From the NCBI RefSeq assembly GCF_900232105.1, contig NZ_LT934425.1, forward strand, positions 3,750,001 through 3,782,000: 32,000 bases of DNA, in the 5' to 3' direction. The DNA is from Candidatus Kuenenia stuttgartensis (GTDB lineage: Bacteria > Planctomycetota > Brocadiia > Brocadiales > Brocadiaceae). Below the pieces are notes generated by a model that was not told the origin of the DNA, ran no database searches, and saw only the letters and a program-made list of their open reading frames with translations. The position numbers and the translations under genes were made by a program. Below are positions 17,920 to 26,522 of this stretch, piece after piece (the stretch's first letter is position 1; each line of letters begins with the position of its first letter).

Positions 17920-19029
17920 TTGAGTAATTTAATCAACCGGCTTGCTATTGGTGCATATGTGTATCCCGGCTGGCATGCGTGCCCTGAACGTGACCGTAAT
18001 TTCCCTCATGGCTGGTGCGAGTGGGATCTTGTACTGAATGCGCCTTCCCGTTTTGCAGAACACAATCAACCTCGTATCCCGTTGTATGGGCCATACGATG
18101 ATTCACTCCCTTCCACCTCACAAAAACAGGTCTGTCTTGCCCGTGAATACGGGATCGATTTTTTTGTTCACGGGTTTTTCTGGTCAAGAGGAAAACGGGT
18201 ATTGGGCGCGGCGCTTGATAACGGTTTTCTCGGCAAAGGCGGGGGCGGCGATTTCCCGTTCTCACTTATGTGGGCGAATCGAATGCCACGTGGTGTTTTG
18301 CCTGTCAGGCATGATCATGGACCGGAAATAGATCCAGGCAGATTGGTATATACCGACCCCGATGATTTTATGGAATTGATTCAATATCTTGAAGAAAGAT
18401 ATTTTTCAAGGACGAACTATTTTCTCATTGATAACATGCCGTTGTTTTCCATTTTCGACAGTGCCTTTTTTTTAAGGCAACTGGGAGTTGACCTTGCCTG
18501 CAAAGCGATAAAACGGGCGAAAGAGTATCTTGTGAGAAAAGGGTACCGGGGACTACATATCATGGCGATCAATCCGCCGGTGACAATGATCATGGAATTT
18601 AAAAGAGCAGGCTTTGACAGTTTAAGCCATTACGTGTGGCTGCCTGAGTGGAAAGGTGGGTATCTGCAGGATTATGGCGAACTGACTGGTATCCGAAGCG
18701 GTGAATGGAACTATTTTGCCGAAGGATCAAACCTTGCCTATTATCCTTCCGTGTCTCCCGGCTGGGATGCTTCGCCACGCGGAGAATTACATGGAAACCA
18801 AAAACCCTTCCGCTATCCATGGTGGCCAATTGTGGTGAATGAACATCCGGAACTGTTTTCAGGATTTCTCAGGAAAGCAATACATTATACAATGAGAAAC
18901 AACACGACTCCGCTTTGTTTTATAGCGTCATGGAATGAGTGGAGTGAAGGGCATTATCTGGAACCTGACGCCCGTTTTGGCACGGCATGGCTTGAAGCGG
19001 TGAGAAAGGAGAAACACAATGCCATCTGA
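17920..19029 (+). CDS. WbsX / glycoside hydrolase 99-like protein
   Basis: AIGAYVYPGWHACPERD..GWCEWDL.., FFVHGFFW, CFIASWNEWSEGHYLEPDARFGTAWLEAV. Confidence 0.75.
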   Translation: MSNLINRLAIGAYVYPGWHACPERDRNFPHGWCEWDLVLNAPSRFAEHNQPRIPLYGPYDDSLPSTSQKQVCLAREYGIDFFVHGFFWSRGKRVLGAALDNGFLGKGGGGDFPFSLMWANRMPRGVLPVRHDHGPEIDPGRLVYTDPDDFMELIQYLEERYFSRTNYFLIDNMPLFSIFDSAFFLRQLGVDLACKAIKRAKEYLVRKGYRGLHIMAINPPVTMIMEFKRAGFDSLSHYVWLPEWKGGYLQDYGELTGIRSGEWNYFAEGSNLAYYPSVSPGWDASPRGELHGNQKPFRYPWWPIVVNEHPELFSGFLRKAIHYTMRNNTTPLCFIASWNEWSEGHYLEPDARFGTAWLEAVRKEKHNAI

Positions 19030-19942
19030 GTGGGCCTTCGTGTCTGTTGACATGGAAATTGCGAATATCTGTCGCGCTGAATGCCTTCTCTGTCCGCGCG
19101 ACTCAATAACACGGCAAACAGGCATAATGAGTGAAGAAACATTTAAAGCGATAAGTGAAAAACTCGTCAGGGAAGGAAGCCTCATAACGTTTTCCGGTAT
19201 GGGAGACCCATTATCGCATCCGATGGTATTTGAATGGATACGGGAACTACGCGGTAGTGGGGGCGATGTTGGCATTGTTGTTAATCCGGCATCATTAGGG
19301 GACACTATTTCTCCTGCGCTTGTTCAGGCAAGGCCAAATGTTATCACACTCTCTTTCCCCAGCTTGAGAAAAGATATTTTTGAAAGATTGTGCCCGGGAA
19401 CGCCTTATGATCAGGCGATAGCGCGGGCTATGGAGTTGATAAATCTATCTGCCGGAAATGTCGGACTCCGAATCACAGGGATACTCACAGAAATGAATCA
19501 GGATGAGCATGAAGCGTATGAGCGCTTCTGGAGGGACATGGGTATTCCTTCATACATGGTTGCCTGCCATGGCCGTGGCGGTAATGTAAGGGCGCCAGGC
19601 GTATATGAACGGCGTGACTATGGGGCCAAAACGGGGAATTGCGGGCTTTTCAGGTATCATACGTTTATTACGTGGGAAGGAAATGTACTTGCATGCTGCC
19701 ATGATCTTACCGGCACTGCTTTGCTGGGGAATCTCGTTGACAGCGAGATATGCGAAATCGCTGTCCGGAAAAGCAAAATGCTGAACGATGGAATATCCTT
19801 TACTGTGTGTATGCAGTGCGATGAACCATTAAGAAATTCAAATCCGCCTATTGAGGATACGCCTCCACAAAATAGAAAAGAGCGAAGGACGTTTTTCCGG
19901 AAAATGAAATTAAAAAACAGGCAACAATTTCAAAACTCCTAA
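19019..19942 (+). CDS. Radical SAM / SPASM-like protein
   Basis: ANICRAECLLCPRDS (CxxxCxxC) N-terminal; C-terminal CGLFRYHTFITWEGNVLACCHDLTGTALLGNL...CMQCDEP; overlaps upstream stop by 11 nt. Confidence 0.85.
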   Translation: MPSEWAFVSVDMEIANICRAECLLCPRDSITRQTGIMSEETFKAISEKLVREGSLITFSGMGDPLSHPMVFEWIRELRGSGGDVGIVVNPASLGDTISPALVQARPNVITLSFPSLRKDIFERLCPGTPYDQAIARAMELINLSAGNVGLRITGILTEMNQDEHEAYERFWRDMGIPSYMVACHGRGGNVRAPGVYERRDYGAKTGNCGLFRYHTFITWEGNVLACCHDLTGTALLGNLVDSEICEIAVRKSKMLNDGISFTVCMQCDEPLRNSNPPIEDTPPQNRKERRTFFRKMKLKNRQQFQNS

Positions 19943-19970
19943 GCTGGCATAGCCGGAACCAAAAAAGCAC

Positions 19971-20071
19971 GAAATACTAAAATCGTCATAAGCTTATAAT
20001 AGACCAATTTCACCATTAAATATTTTGCCAAAAAGCACGCACTGACGAATGGAAGTGTGCAAAGAAATTAC
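19971..20071 (+). repeat. Family B dispersed repeat, copy 2
   Basis: ACGAAATACTAAAATCGTCATAAGCTTATAATAGACCAATTTCACCATTAAATATTTTGCCAAAAAGCACGCACTGACGAATGGAAGTGTGCAAAGAAATTACTG. Confidence 0.85.
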
Positions 20072-20611
20072 TGCTCTGAGATACATTCGTTCATTGCTTT
20101 TTCATATGCTTTGTATGCATCATTGTTAAAAAGCACAAATCGCACCAGGCGAATGCCTGAATGATTTTTTAAATACCCGATTACCGTTTTCAATGCGATT
20201 TTCGAGGCTTTATCAATGGGATATCCGTATGCGCCGGTACTTATTGAAGGGAATGAAATGCTTCTGACAGCATGATCAGAGGCGGCTTTCAGACTATTTC
20301 GATATGCGTTTTCAAGCAGCACCTGTTCATTTTTTTCCCCTCCCCGGTAAACGGGACCTACTGTATGAATAACATATCGCGCTTTTAAATGTCCACCTGC
20401 AGTCACCCTTGCCTCTCCGGTTGGACACCCTCCGATTTTTTTGCATTCTTCCAGTATTTTGGGTCCGCCCACCCTATGTATTGCGCCATCGACCCCGCCA
20501 CCGCCTAAAAGCGTAGTATTTGCCGCATTTACAATTGCATCAGTATCCTGCAGTGTAATATCGCCTATGGTAAGTTCAAGAGTAGAATCATTAATAACAA
20601 TTTTTGACATA
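20068..20611 (-). CDS. Macro domain protein (ADP-ribose-binding/hydrolase, YmdB-like)
   Basis: IVINDSTLELTIGDITLQDTDAIVNAANTTLLGGGGVDGAIHRVGG, GEARVTAGGHLKARYVIHTVGPVY, SISTGAYGYPIDKAS; true start MSKIV (~20610); the annotated upstream extension is translated repeat. Confidence 0.88.
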
Positions 20612-20637
20612 ATATGATGCCTTAAAAAAAGTACAAA

Positions 20638-20898
20638 AAAAATGTAACACTTTAGTTTTTTTGAAAAAACAAAAATACTCGTGCAATGGTAATGGAAGCT
20701 CTCGCTTCCATTTAGCAAGAATTATTCAGCTCAAAATAGGACGCCAAATATCTTGATAACATAGTGAAAAGTACAAGCTGACATAGGCCCATTCTCTTTT
20801 CCATTCGAAGCTGGAGCTTCTCAAACAATCCCGTTCCCAAGCCGGAGCTTGGAAACGAGCGGTTTTTTTCATAGAACTAAAGTGTTACAAAAAAATAA
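20638..20898 (+). repeat. Family A MITE-like element, long-core copy with inverted ends
   Basis: TGTAACACTTTAGTTTTTTTGAAAAAAC ... TTTTTTTCATAGAACTAAAGTGTTACAAAAAAA. Confidence 0.8.
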
Positions 20899-21008
20899 AA
20901 TCACCACGGAGTAAGCAGTTGACAGAGATACTGATAACACCGTATAGTGTGGAAATTATTGCACAGTTTACACTATCTTGAAAGAAATAACAAATCGGGG
21001 ATTTTAGC

Positions 21009-21647
21009 ATGGATGTAAGAGAAGCTATTCAAAAACGCCGCAGTATAAGAAAGTTCAAACCGGATCCGGTCCCGGATGAATTGATACTACAATTATTGGA
21101 AAGCGCCAGGCTTGCGCCTTCCGGTTCAAATACGCAACCGTGGAGGTTTATCATTGTTAGAGATAGTGAGGCAATTAAAAAATTGCAGACTGCTGCATAC
21201 AACCAGCGTCATGTTGGCCAGGCGCCGCTTATTATAGCGTGTTGCGCTGATAAAAAGGCTTTTGGAGAATTTCCCCAGAGGATAGATGAGCTGATTGAAG
21301 CAGGCGCTTTACCTGCAAAATCGCGGGAAGTATTTGTTCCGTCGTTAAAAAAAGGGGGGTTGGATCAAGATATAAAGTGGCACCTGTTAATAGCCGCAAC
21401 GGGAAATACCGATATCGCAATTGAGCACATGGTTCTGCAGGCGGTTGAGTTGGGGTTGGGTACTTGCTGGGTGAGATGGTTTGAAGATAACAAGGTGAAA
21501 GAGATTTTAGAAATACCACAAACCATTGAAATTATTGCATTACTTCCCATCGGTTATCCTGATGAGACCCCCCCTCAACGGCCAAGATTCAGTCTGGATA
21601 AAATTACTTATTATGAAAAGTATGGCTTGGGGAAAGGGCGCCAGTAA
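21009..21647 (+). CDS. Nitroreductase family protein
   Basis: VREAIQKRRSIRKFKPDPVPDELILQLLESARLAPSGSNTQPWRFIIV, TCWVRWFEDNKVKEILEIP, ALLPIGYPDETP. Confidence 0.88.
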   Translation: MDVREAIQKRRSIRKFKPDPVPDELILQLLESARLAPSGSNTQPWRFIIVRDSEAIKKLQTAAYNQRHVGQAPLIIACCADKKAFGEFPQRIDELIEAGALPAKSREVFVPSLKKGGLDQDIKWHLLIAATGNTDIAIEHMVLQAVELGLGTCWVRWFEDNKVKEILEIPQTIEIIALLPIGYPDETPPQRPRFSLDKITYYEKYGLGKGRQ

Positions 21648-21819
21648 ATAACCTCGACAACGACATATGAACAACTCACGACTAAAATGAAGTGGAAGTA
21701 TCCCTGTAGTAACTAAAGAGACAGCGAAAAGCTAAAGTGTTACGATTTTTCAGAAAACCAGATTATTACACTATTGTTTATCATTATCCCATTAACCCTT
21801 TTTTAGCAGGTGATTTTGT

Positions 21820-23241
21820 ATGAAGATCAATATGATTATTTTGTCTTTTATAACAATGTTTATTACACAAACAGCATCATACGCAGGCAACCAGGCGACA
21901 AACAGCGCTCTCAATGATCAGGTTTCGGTAGAGGTTGTCGTCTATAATAACAACACGGGTTTCATAAGAGACACGAGAAATATCTCCCTTCCTGTGGGTG
22001 AAGGTGAGTTATATGTGAGTGATATTGCGTCACAGATCATTCCTCAAACAGTCTCTGTTGCTTCTTTGACTGAACCTGACAAATTTTCTTTACTGGAACA
22101 AACGTTTGAATATGATCTTATAAATACAAATAAACTGCTTGATAAATATGTGGGGAAAACAATTAAACTTCAGATATGGAATAAATACCATGACAGAAAG
22201 GATACAATCGCTGCTACGCTGCTGAATAATACCGATGGCCAGATTTTCGAAATAGACAATGAACTATACTTAGAGCATCCGGGGATAAAAATCCTGCCGG
22301 AGTTGCCTGACAAACTGTTTACTGTACCTACACTCACTTGGCTTTATAAAAACACATCGGAAAAACCCCACACACTGGAGATTTCTTATCTGACGAATAA
22401 TATGAATTGGCATGCGGATTACCTTATGACCATCAACGAAGAGGAGACAGCCGCGCAATTATCCGGATGGGCAACAATAAACAATCAGAGTGGTGTACTG
22501 TATAAGAATGCCAGGTTTTCACTTGTGGCGGGAGATGTTAATCGTTTACCGGATGTTCAAAGAAAACGCGCCTTTGCAATGGCAGAGATGCAGATGGCGG
22601 TATCCCAGCAATTCGAAGAAAAGGGGTTTTTCGAATATCACACCTATAGTTTACAACGAAGTACTACCATCGGAAATAATCAAACAAAGCAAATTCGTTT
22701 ATTTGATGCATCGAATGTAACGATTCGGAAGGAATTCCTTGTACACGGAAATATGTATTCATATACAAGACCTTTCAGGGATGAAAAACAAAAACAAGAC
22801 GTAAATGTCCTTTTAAACTTTAAAAATACGAAGGAAAGTAATCTAGGTATGCCTATCCCCGGCGGCGTTATTAGATTCTTTAAACAAGACAAAGACGGCG
22901 CCATTCAGTTTATCGGCGAAGACCAAATAAATCATACACCGGTACATGAAGAAATAAAGGCAAACATTGGAAAAGCATTTGACGTAACCGTTGAACGAAT
23001 ACAGATAGATTATAAACAGATCACCACAAAAATCCACGAAACAGAGTGGGAAATTTCGATAAGAAATCATAAAGAAGAAGATATAGTAGTTGGTATTGTT
23101 GAGACGTTGCCAGGAAACTGGAGTATTATAAGCAATAGTCATCCGTATAAGAAAACAGACGCATTTACCATACGCTTTGATATTGAAGCGCCCAAAGGCA
23201 AAGAAGTGAAGGTTTCATACCGCATAAAGGTGGGATTGTAA
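21820..23241 (+). CDS. DUF4139-domain-containing secreted protein
   Basis: Signal peptide MKINMIILSFITMFITQTASYA; VEVVVYNNNTGFIRDTRNISLPVGEGELYVSDIASQIIPQTV; LEISYLTNNMNWHADYLMTINEEETAAQLSGWATINNQSGVLYKNARFSLVAGDVN. Confidence 0.75.
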   Translation: MKINMIILSFITMFITQTASYAGNQATNSALNDQVSVEVVVYNNNTGFIRDTRNISLPVGEGELYVSDIASQIIPQTVSVASLTEPDKFSLLEQTFEYDLINTNKLLDKYVGKTIKLQIWNKYHDRKDTIAATLLNNTDGQIFEIDNELYLEHPGIKILPELPDKLFTVPTLTWLYKNTSEKPHTLEISYLTNNMNWHADYLMTINEEETAAQLSGWATINNQSGVLYKNARFSLVAGDVNRLPDVQRKRAFAMAEMQMAVSQQFEEKGFFEYHTYSLQRSTTIGNNQTKQIRLFDASNVTIRKEFLVHGNMYSYTRPFRDEKQKQDVNVLLNFKNTKESNLGMPIPGGVIRFFKQDKDGAIQFIGEDQINHTPVHEEIKANIGKAFDVTVERIQIDYKQITTKIHETEWEISIRNHKEEDIVVGIVETLPGNWSIISNSHPYKKTDAFTIRFDIEAPKGKEVKVSYRIKVGL

Positions 23242-23282
23242 TGTAACGTGAAAAGAATTACGGTTGCAGCGGCATGATGACC

Positions 23283-23396
23283 GGCTCAAAAATAAGACTA
23301 CAAAAAATAGCTCAAGCACTGGTACTGCAATATAATATGGCTATAAAACCATTTTCATCGTTTCTGGGTGTTGCAAATGCAACATGATGACTGATG
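23283..23396 (+). repeat. Family C direct repeat, left copy
   Basis: CTACAAAAAATAGCT...ATATGGCTATAAAACCATTTTCATCGTTTCTGGGTGTTGCAAATGCAACATGATGA. Confidence 0.75.
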
Positions 23397-23467
23397 ACTT
23401 ATTTTGTCATTATAAGTGGAAGCGGATTATAAATCCGATGCTCTATCCATCATACCAAAATCACATG

Positions 23468-23673
23468 CTTGTCATTACAAGGGCATCCGCTTGTCGTTGC
23501 AAGGGTATACGCTTTGTCATTGCAAGGGTCTCTCAGCTTGTAATTGCGAGGGTCTCTCAGCTTGTAATTGCGAGGGTCTCCGCTTGTAATTGCGAGGGTC
23601 TCCGCTTGTAATTGCGAGGGTCTCCGCTTTGTAATTGCGAGGGTCTCTCCGCTTGTAATTGCGAGGGTCTTTT
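23468..23673 (+). repeat. Imperfect ~22-25 bp tandem array (about 9 units)
   Basis: Units CTTGTAATTGCGAGGGTCTCCG with variants (CTTGTCATTACAAGGGCATCCG, CTTTGTCATTGCAAGGGTCTCTCAG). Confidence 0.9.
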
Positions 23674-23684
23674 CCGAAGCAACC

Positions 23685-23833
23685 TCATAAACCGTCATAG
23701 AGCTCCTTCCATCCTGCATTCATTACATTAATTAATTCTATTTTTTTAGCCCTTGAGCCACCCTTAATTTGCTTCTCCCGCGATATGACGTTTCTTACGT
23801 CACGAAATATCTCGTAGTATACTGTGATTGCTT
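23685..23833 (-). pseudogene. C-terminal remnant of a GIY-YIG nuclease
   Basis: TVYYEIFRDVRNVISREKQIKGGSRAKKIELINVMNAGWKELYDGL resembles the conserved C-terminal half of small GIY-YIG nucleases (LVYYE..AIxREKQIKGW.R.KKI.LI...NP.W.DL); N-terminal GIY..YIG half missing. Confidence 0.7.
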
Positions 23834-23902
23834 CGGAAAAGACCCTCGCAATGACAAGCTGATGCCCTTGCAATGACAAGCTGATACCTTTTGGATGGCC
23901 CT
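23829..23902 (-). repeat. Inverted arm of the TTGCGAGGGTC repeat
   Basis: TTGCTTCGGAAAAGACCCTCGCAATGACAAGCTGATGCCCTTGCAATGACAAGCTGATACC is the inverted counterpart of 23652-23683. Confidence 0.85.
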
Positions 23903-23944
23903 ATACATTTGAACCAGTACAGAAACAGAAATGCCAGATGTTTC

Positions 23945-24060
23945 CGACTCGGAAGTAAGGCTACAAAAAATAGCTTAAATATATATACTACAACACGATA
24001 TGGTTATAAAACCATTTTCATCGTTTCTGGGTGTCGCAAGTGCGACATGACGAGTGTTGT
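23945..24060 (+). repeat. Family C direct repeat, right copy
   Basis: GGCTACAAAAAATAGCTT...GATATGGTTATAAAACCATTTTCATCGTTTCTGGGTGTCGCAAGTGCGACATGACGA. Confidence 0.75.
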
Positions 24061-24110
24061 TGATGTTAATGTATAGACGCAAGCAATGCGTCTCTGCAAA
24101 AATATTGAAA

Positions 24111-24334
24111 ATTCCTAAACTGGCATAGCACGAAATACGAAACAAATTCTAACATTCTCTCCCCTTGTCCCCTTCAAAGGGGGAGAATGTTCCCCCGCTG
24201 ACGCTGGTAGAGGGGAGGAGGATTGAAATTTAGCATTTAGGACTTCACCATTAAATATTTTGCCAAAAAGCACGCACTGACGAATGGAAGTGTGCAAAGA
24301 AATTACTGCCAAGGTACTAAACGTTAAAATAGCT
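24111..24334 (+). repeat. Family B dispersed repeat, copy 3 (with unrelated internal segment)
   Basis: ATTCCTAAACTGGCATAGCACGAAATACGAAAC ... TTCACCATTAAATATTTTGCCAAAAAGCACGCACTGACGAATGGAAGTGTGCAAAGAAATTACTGCCAAGGTACTAAAC. Confidence 0.8.
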
Positions 24335-24341
24335 ACAAAAA

Positions 24342-24385
24342 AATAGCCTGATATGCAGTACTTATCCATCGCATATCAGGCTATT
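24342..24385. repeat. Perfect 15-bp stem hairpin
   Basis: AATAGCCTGATATGC - 14-nt loop - GCATATCAGGCTATT. Confidence 0.85.
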
Positions 24386-24561
24386 GAACTAACTTCAAAC
24401 ACTTCGCAGCATCCCCCCTTTCTTTTCAAAGAAGGTTTCGGAGATATCTATACTAATAACAGTAACATCTCAAAGACTACAACGCACTTTATTGTACTTG
24501 TTAATTTTTGCTGCACGGGTCTTCTTTTGATGTTACTGGCTACTTCAAAGATCATTTAAAT

Positions 24562-24688
24562 GGAACAGGGAGCGGTCGTTTAAAAACTTATAACAAACAG
24601 CTTTTAAATCACACTTTCTTAGGCACATGTTTTCCTTCTCGACTATGCCTTGAGGAACGTTGAACCTCAATAACTCTCTCCCCGTTCC
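24562..24688 (-). ncRNA. Candidate structured ncRNA (closing stem plus three hairpins)
   Basis: Minus strand: GGAACGGGGAG...CTCCCTGTTCC closing stem; TTGAGG/CCTCAA; GGCATA/TGTGCC; TTTAAAAGCT/AGTTTTTAAA. TATAAT at 24700-24695 minus gives a predicted +1 at 24688. Confidence 0.5.
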
Positions 24689-24994
24689 GATAGTATTATA
24701 TCACATAAATTCATTTTTACGAGGAAACCCCGAAATAAATATTTTATATGAATGTCGAGCAGCTCTTGCCCGAGTTTTCAGCTTTTGAGGTGCATGTTTA
24801 ATCGCGGGCTGTGATGGTTCAAGTATTCTATATTTCCAATGAATAAATTTGTAACATTTTATTTTGGAAAAAATCTGCCTATAGGGGATATGATTTGTAG
24901 TGGCAAGGAGTGCTTTGTCACTACATTAAATGTTTAGAAATTTTCAATATTTTTATTTAAGCAATAAACAACCCAACCCCTTACCCTTCTCCAT

Positions 24995-25100
24995 ATAGAG
25001 GAATTTGATAAGTCCCCTCTTGGGAGGGGATTGAGGGGTGGGTAAAAAAGAATGCCGTTGGTTTTTTGCCTTTTAACAGCCCTACCTAATTTTGCAGAAA
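24995..25100 (+). repeat. Family D direct repeat, copy 1
   Basis: TTTGATAAGTCCCCTCTTGGGAGGGGATTGAGGGGTGGGTAAAAAAGAATGCCGTTG; partner at ~25440-25530. Confidence 0.7.
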
Positions 25101-25206
25101 CGCAAGCACACGTTATCCATTTAATCCAAAAGCAGGCATGTATTTTATATACACCCAAAATAGGGTATTTACAAAGGTAAATTTTAAATATATCCTTAAA
25201 AATAAG

Positions 25207-25372
25207 TTTTTTTGTAACACTTTAGTTTTTTGAAAAAGTAGGGGCGAAGTATTTGCCCGTTTGAGTATGAACCTATTTGTAACAATTTATAGCAAATGCT
25301 TCGCCTCTACACTATACGGCTAACATCGCTATTGTTTTAATTTTTCAAAAAATTAAAGTGTCACGTTTTTTA
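25207..25372 (+). repeat. Family A MITE-like element, short-core copy 1
   Basis: TTTTTTTGTAACACTTTAGTTTTTTGAAAAA ... TTTTTCAAAAAATTAAAGTGTCACGTTTTTTA; nested GGGGCGAAGTATTTGC...GCAAATGCTTCGCC. Confidence 0.88.
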
Positions 25373-25439
25373 AAAAAGGCATTTTTGTTTTCCTTTTTTT
25401 AGTTAAGAAATGAACGAACCCACTCCAACCTTTCCCAAG

Positions 25440-25530
25440 AGGGGAAATTTGATAAGTCCCCTCTTGGGAGGGGATTGATGGGTGGGTAAAAAAGAACGCC
25501 GTTGAGTTTTTTACCTTTTAAAAACCCAAC
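25440..25530 (+). repeat. Family D direct repeat, copy 2
   Basis: TTTGATAAGTCCCCTCTTGGGAGGGGATTGATGGGTGGGTAAAAAAGAACGCCGTTG. Confidence 0.7.
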
Positions 25531-25609
25531 CTTATTTTAACCTTGACCTCGCGATTTTAGCGTGAACGCCAGGTTTGCTGCACAATCACACAAAAGAAGG
25601 AGGTACAAC

Positions 25610-26212
25610 ATGACAAGAATTTTAGTTCTTTATTATAGCATGTATGGCCATGTCGAAACTATGGCGAAAGCGGTGGCTGAAGGCGTGCGCTCCGTCGAAG
25701 ACACAGAGGTAATCATAAAACGCGTGCCCGATCTTGTGCCGGAAGATGTGGCACGAAAGGCTGGCGCCAAGCTCGATCAGGCGGCGCCGATTGCGGAAGT
25801 GGAAGAGTTGCCGAACTACGATGCAATCATATTCGGCACGCCGACACGCTTCGGCAATATGTGCGCACAGATGCGCAATTTCCTGGATCGGACCGGTCAG
25901 TTGTGGCTAAGCGGCAGTTTGATTGGTAAGGTGGGCAGCGTGTTCATATCCACTGCCACACAACACGGCGGACAGGAGACCACAATTACCTCATTCCACA
26001 CCACATTGTTACACCACGGTATGATCATCGTGGGAGTGCCCTATTCATGTCAGGAAATAATGAACATGAGCGAAATCACCGGCGGGTCACCCTATGGAGC
26101 GAGTACTCTTGCTGATATAGATGGTAGTCGTCAGCCGTCGGAGAATGAAAAAAAAATCGCCCGTTTCCAGGGAGCTCACGTGGCGGAAATTACCAGAAAG
26201 CAAACGGCCTGA
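25610..26212 (+). CDS. wrbA: NAD(P)H:quinone oxidoreductase, WrbA-type flavodoxin-like
   Basis: [86 protein letters not shown]; start is internal Met at 25610. Confidence 0.93.
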   Translation: MTRILVLYYSMYGHVETMAKAVAEGVRSVEDTEVIIKRVPDLVPEDVARKAGAKLDQAAPIAEVEELPNYDAIIFGTPTRFGNMCAQMRNFLDRTGQLWLSGSLIGKVGSVFISTATQHGGQETTITSFHTTLLHHGMIIVGVPYSCQEIMNMSEITGGSPYGASTLADIDGSRQPSENEKKIARFQGAHVAEITRKQTA

Positions 26213-26305
26213 CAACTTGCCTGGGTAATAAATAAAAAGCATTGGTGGTGTATTTGGAAATATCGGTTTCCCCATAGATCAAAACATGGTATCCATGCGT
26301 AAATA

Positions 26306-26466
26306 TTGGTAACACTTTAGTTTTTTGAAAAAGTAGGAGCGAAGCATTTGCCCGTTTGAGTATGAAATTATTTATAACAATTTATAGCAAATGCTTCGCC
26401 TCCACACTATTGCGGCAAACATCGCTATTGTTGGAATTTTTCAAAAAACTATAGTATTACAAAATA
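26306..26466 (+). repeat. Family A MITE-like element, short-core copy 2
   Basis: GGTAACACTTTAGTTTTTTGAAAAAGTAGGAGCGAAGCATTTGCCCGTTTGAG...GCAAATGCTTCGCC...TTTTTCAAAAAACTATAGTATTAC. Confidence 0.88.
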
Positions 26467-26522
26467 TTGCGAAAACGTGAGTAGAAAACACGAATAGGGT
26501 ATTTTAAAACGCGCATACTGAA

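Noticed and set aside
23468-23673. Possible CRISPR array (regularly repeated ~22-bp units).
   Set aside because: Units are contiguous with no unique spacers and no cas genes nearby; it is a simple tandem expansion of a dispersed repeat.
24895-24930. TGTAGTGGCAAGGAGTGCTTTGTCACTACA hairpin as a possible second ncRNA.
   Set aside because: Short stem with no promoter-like sequence or additional helices; most likely another dispersed palindrome.
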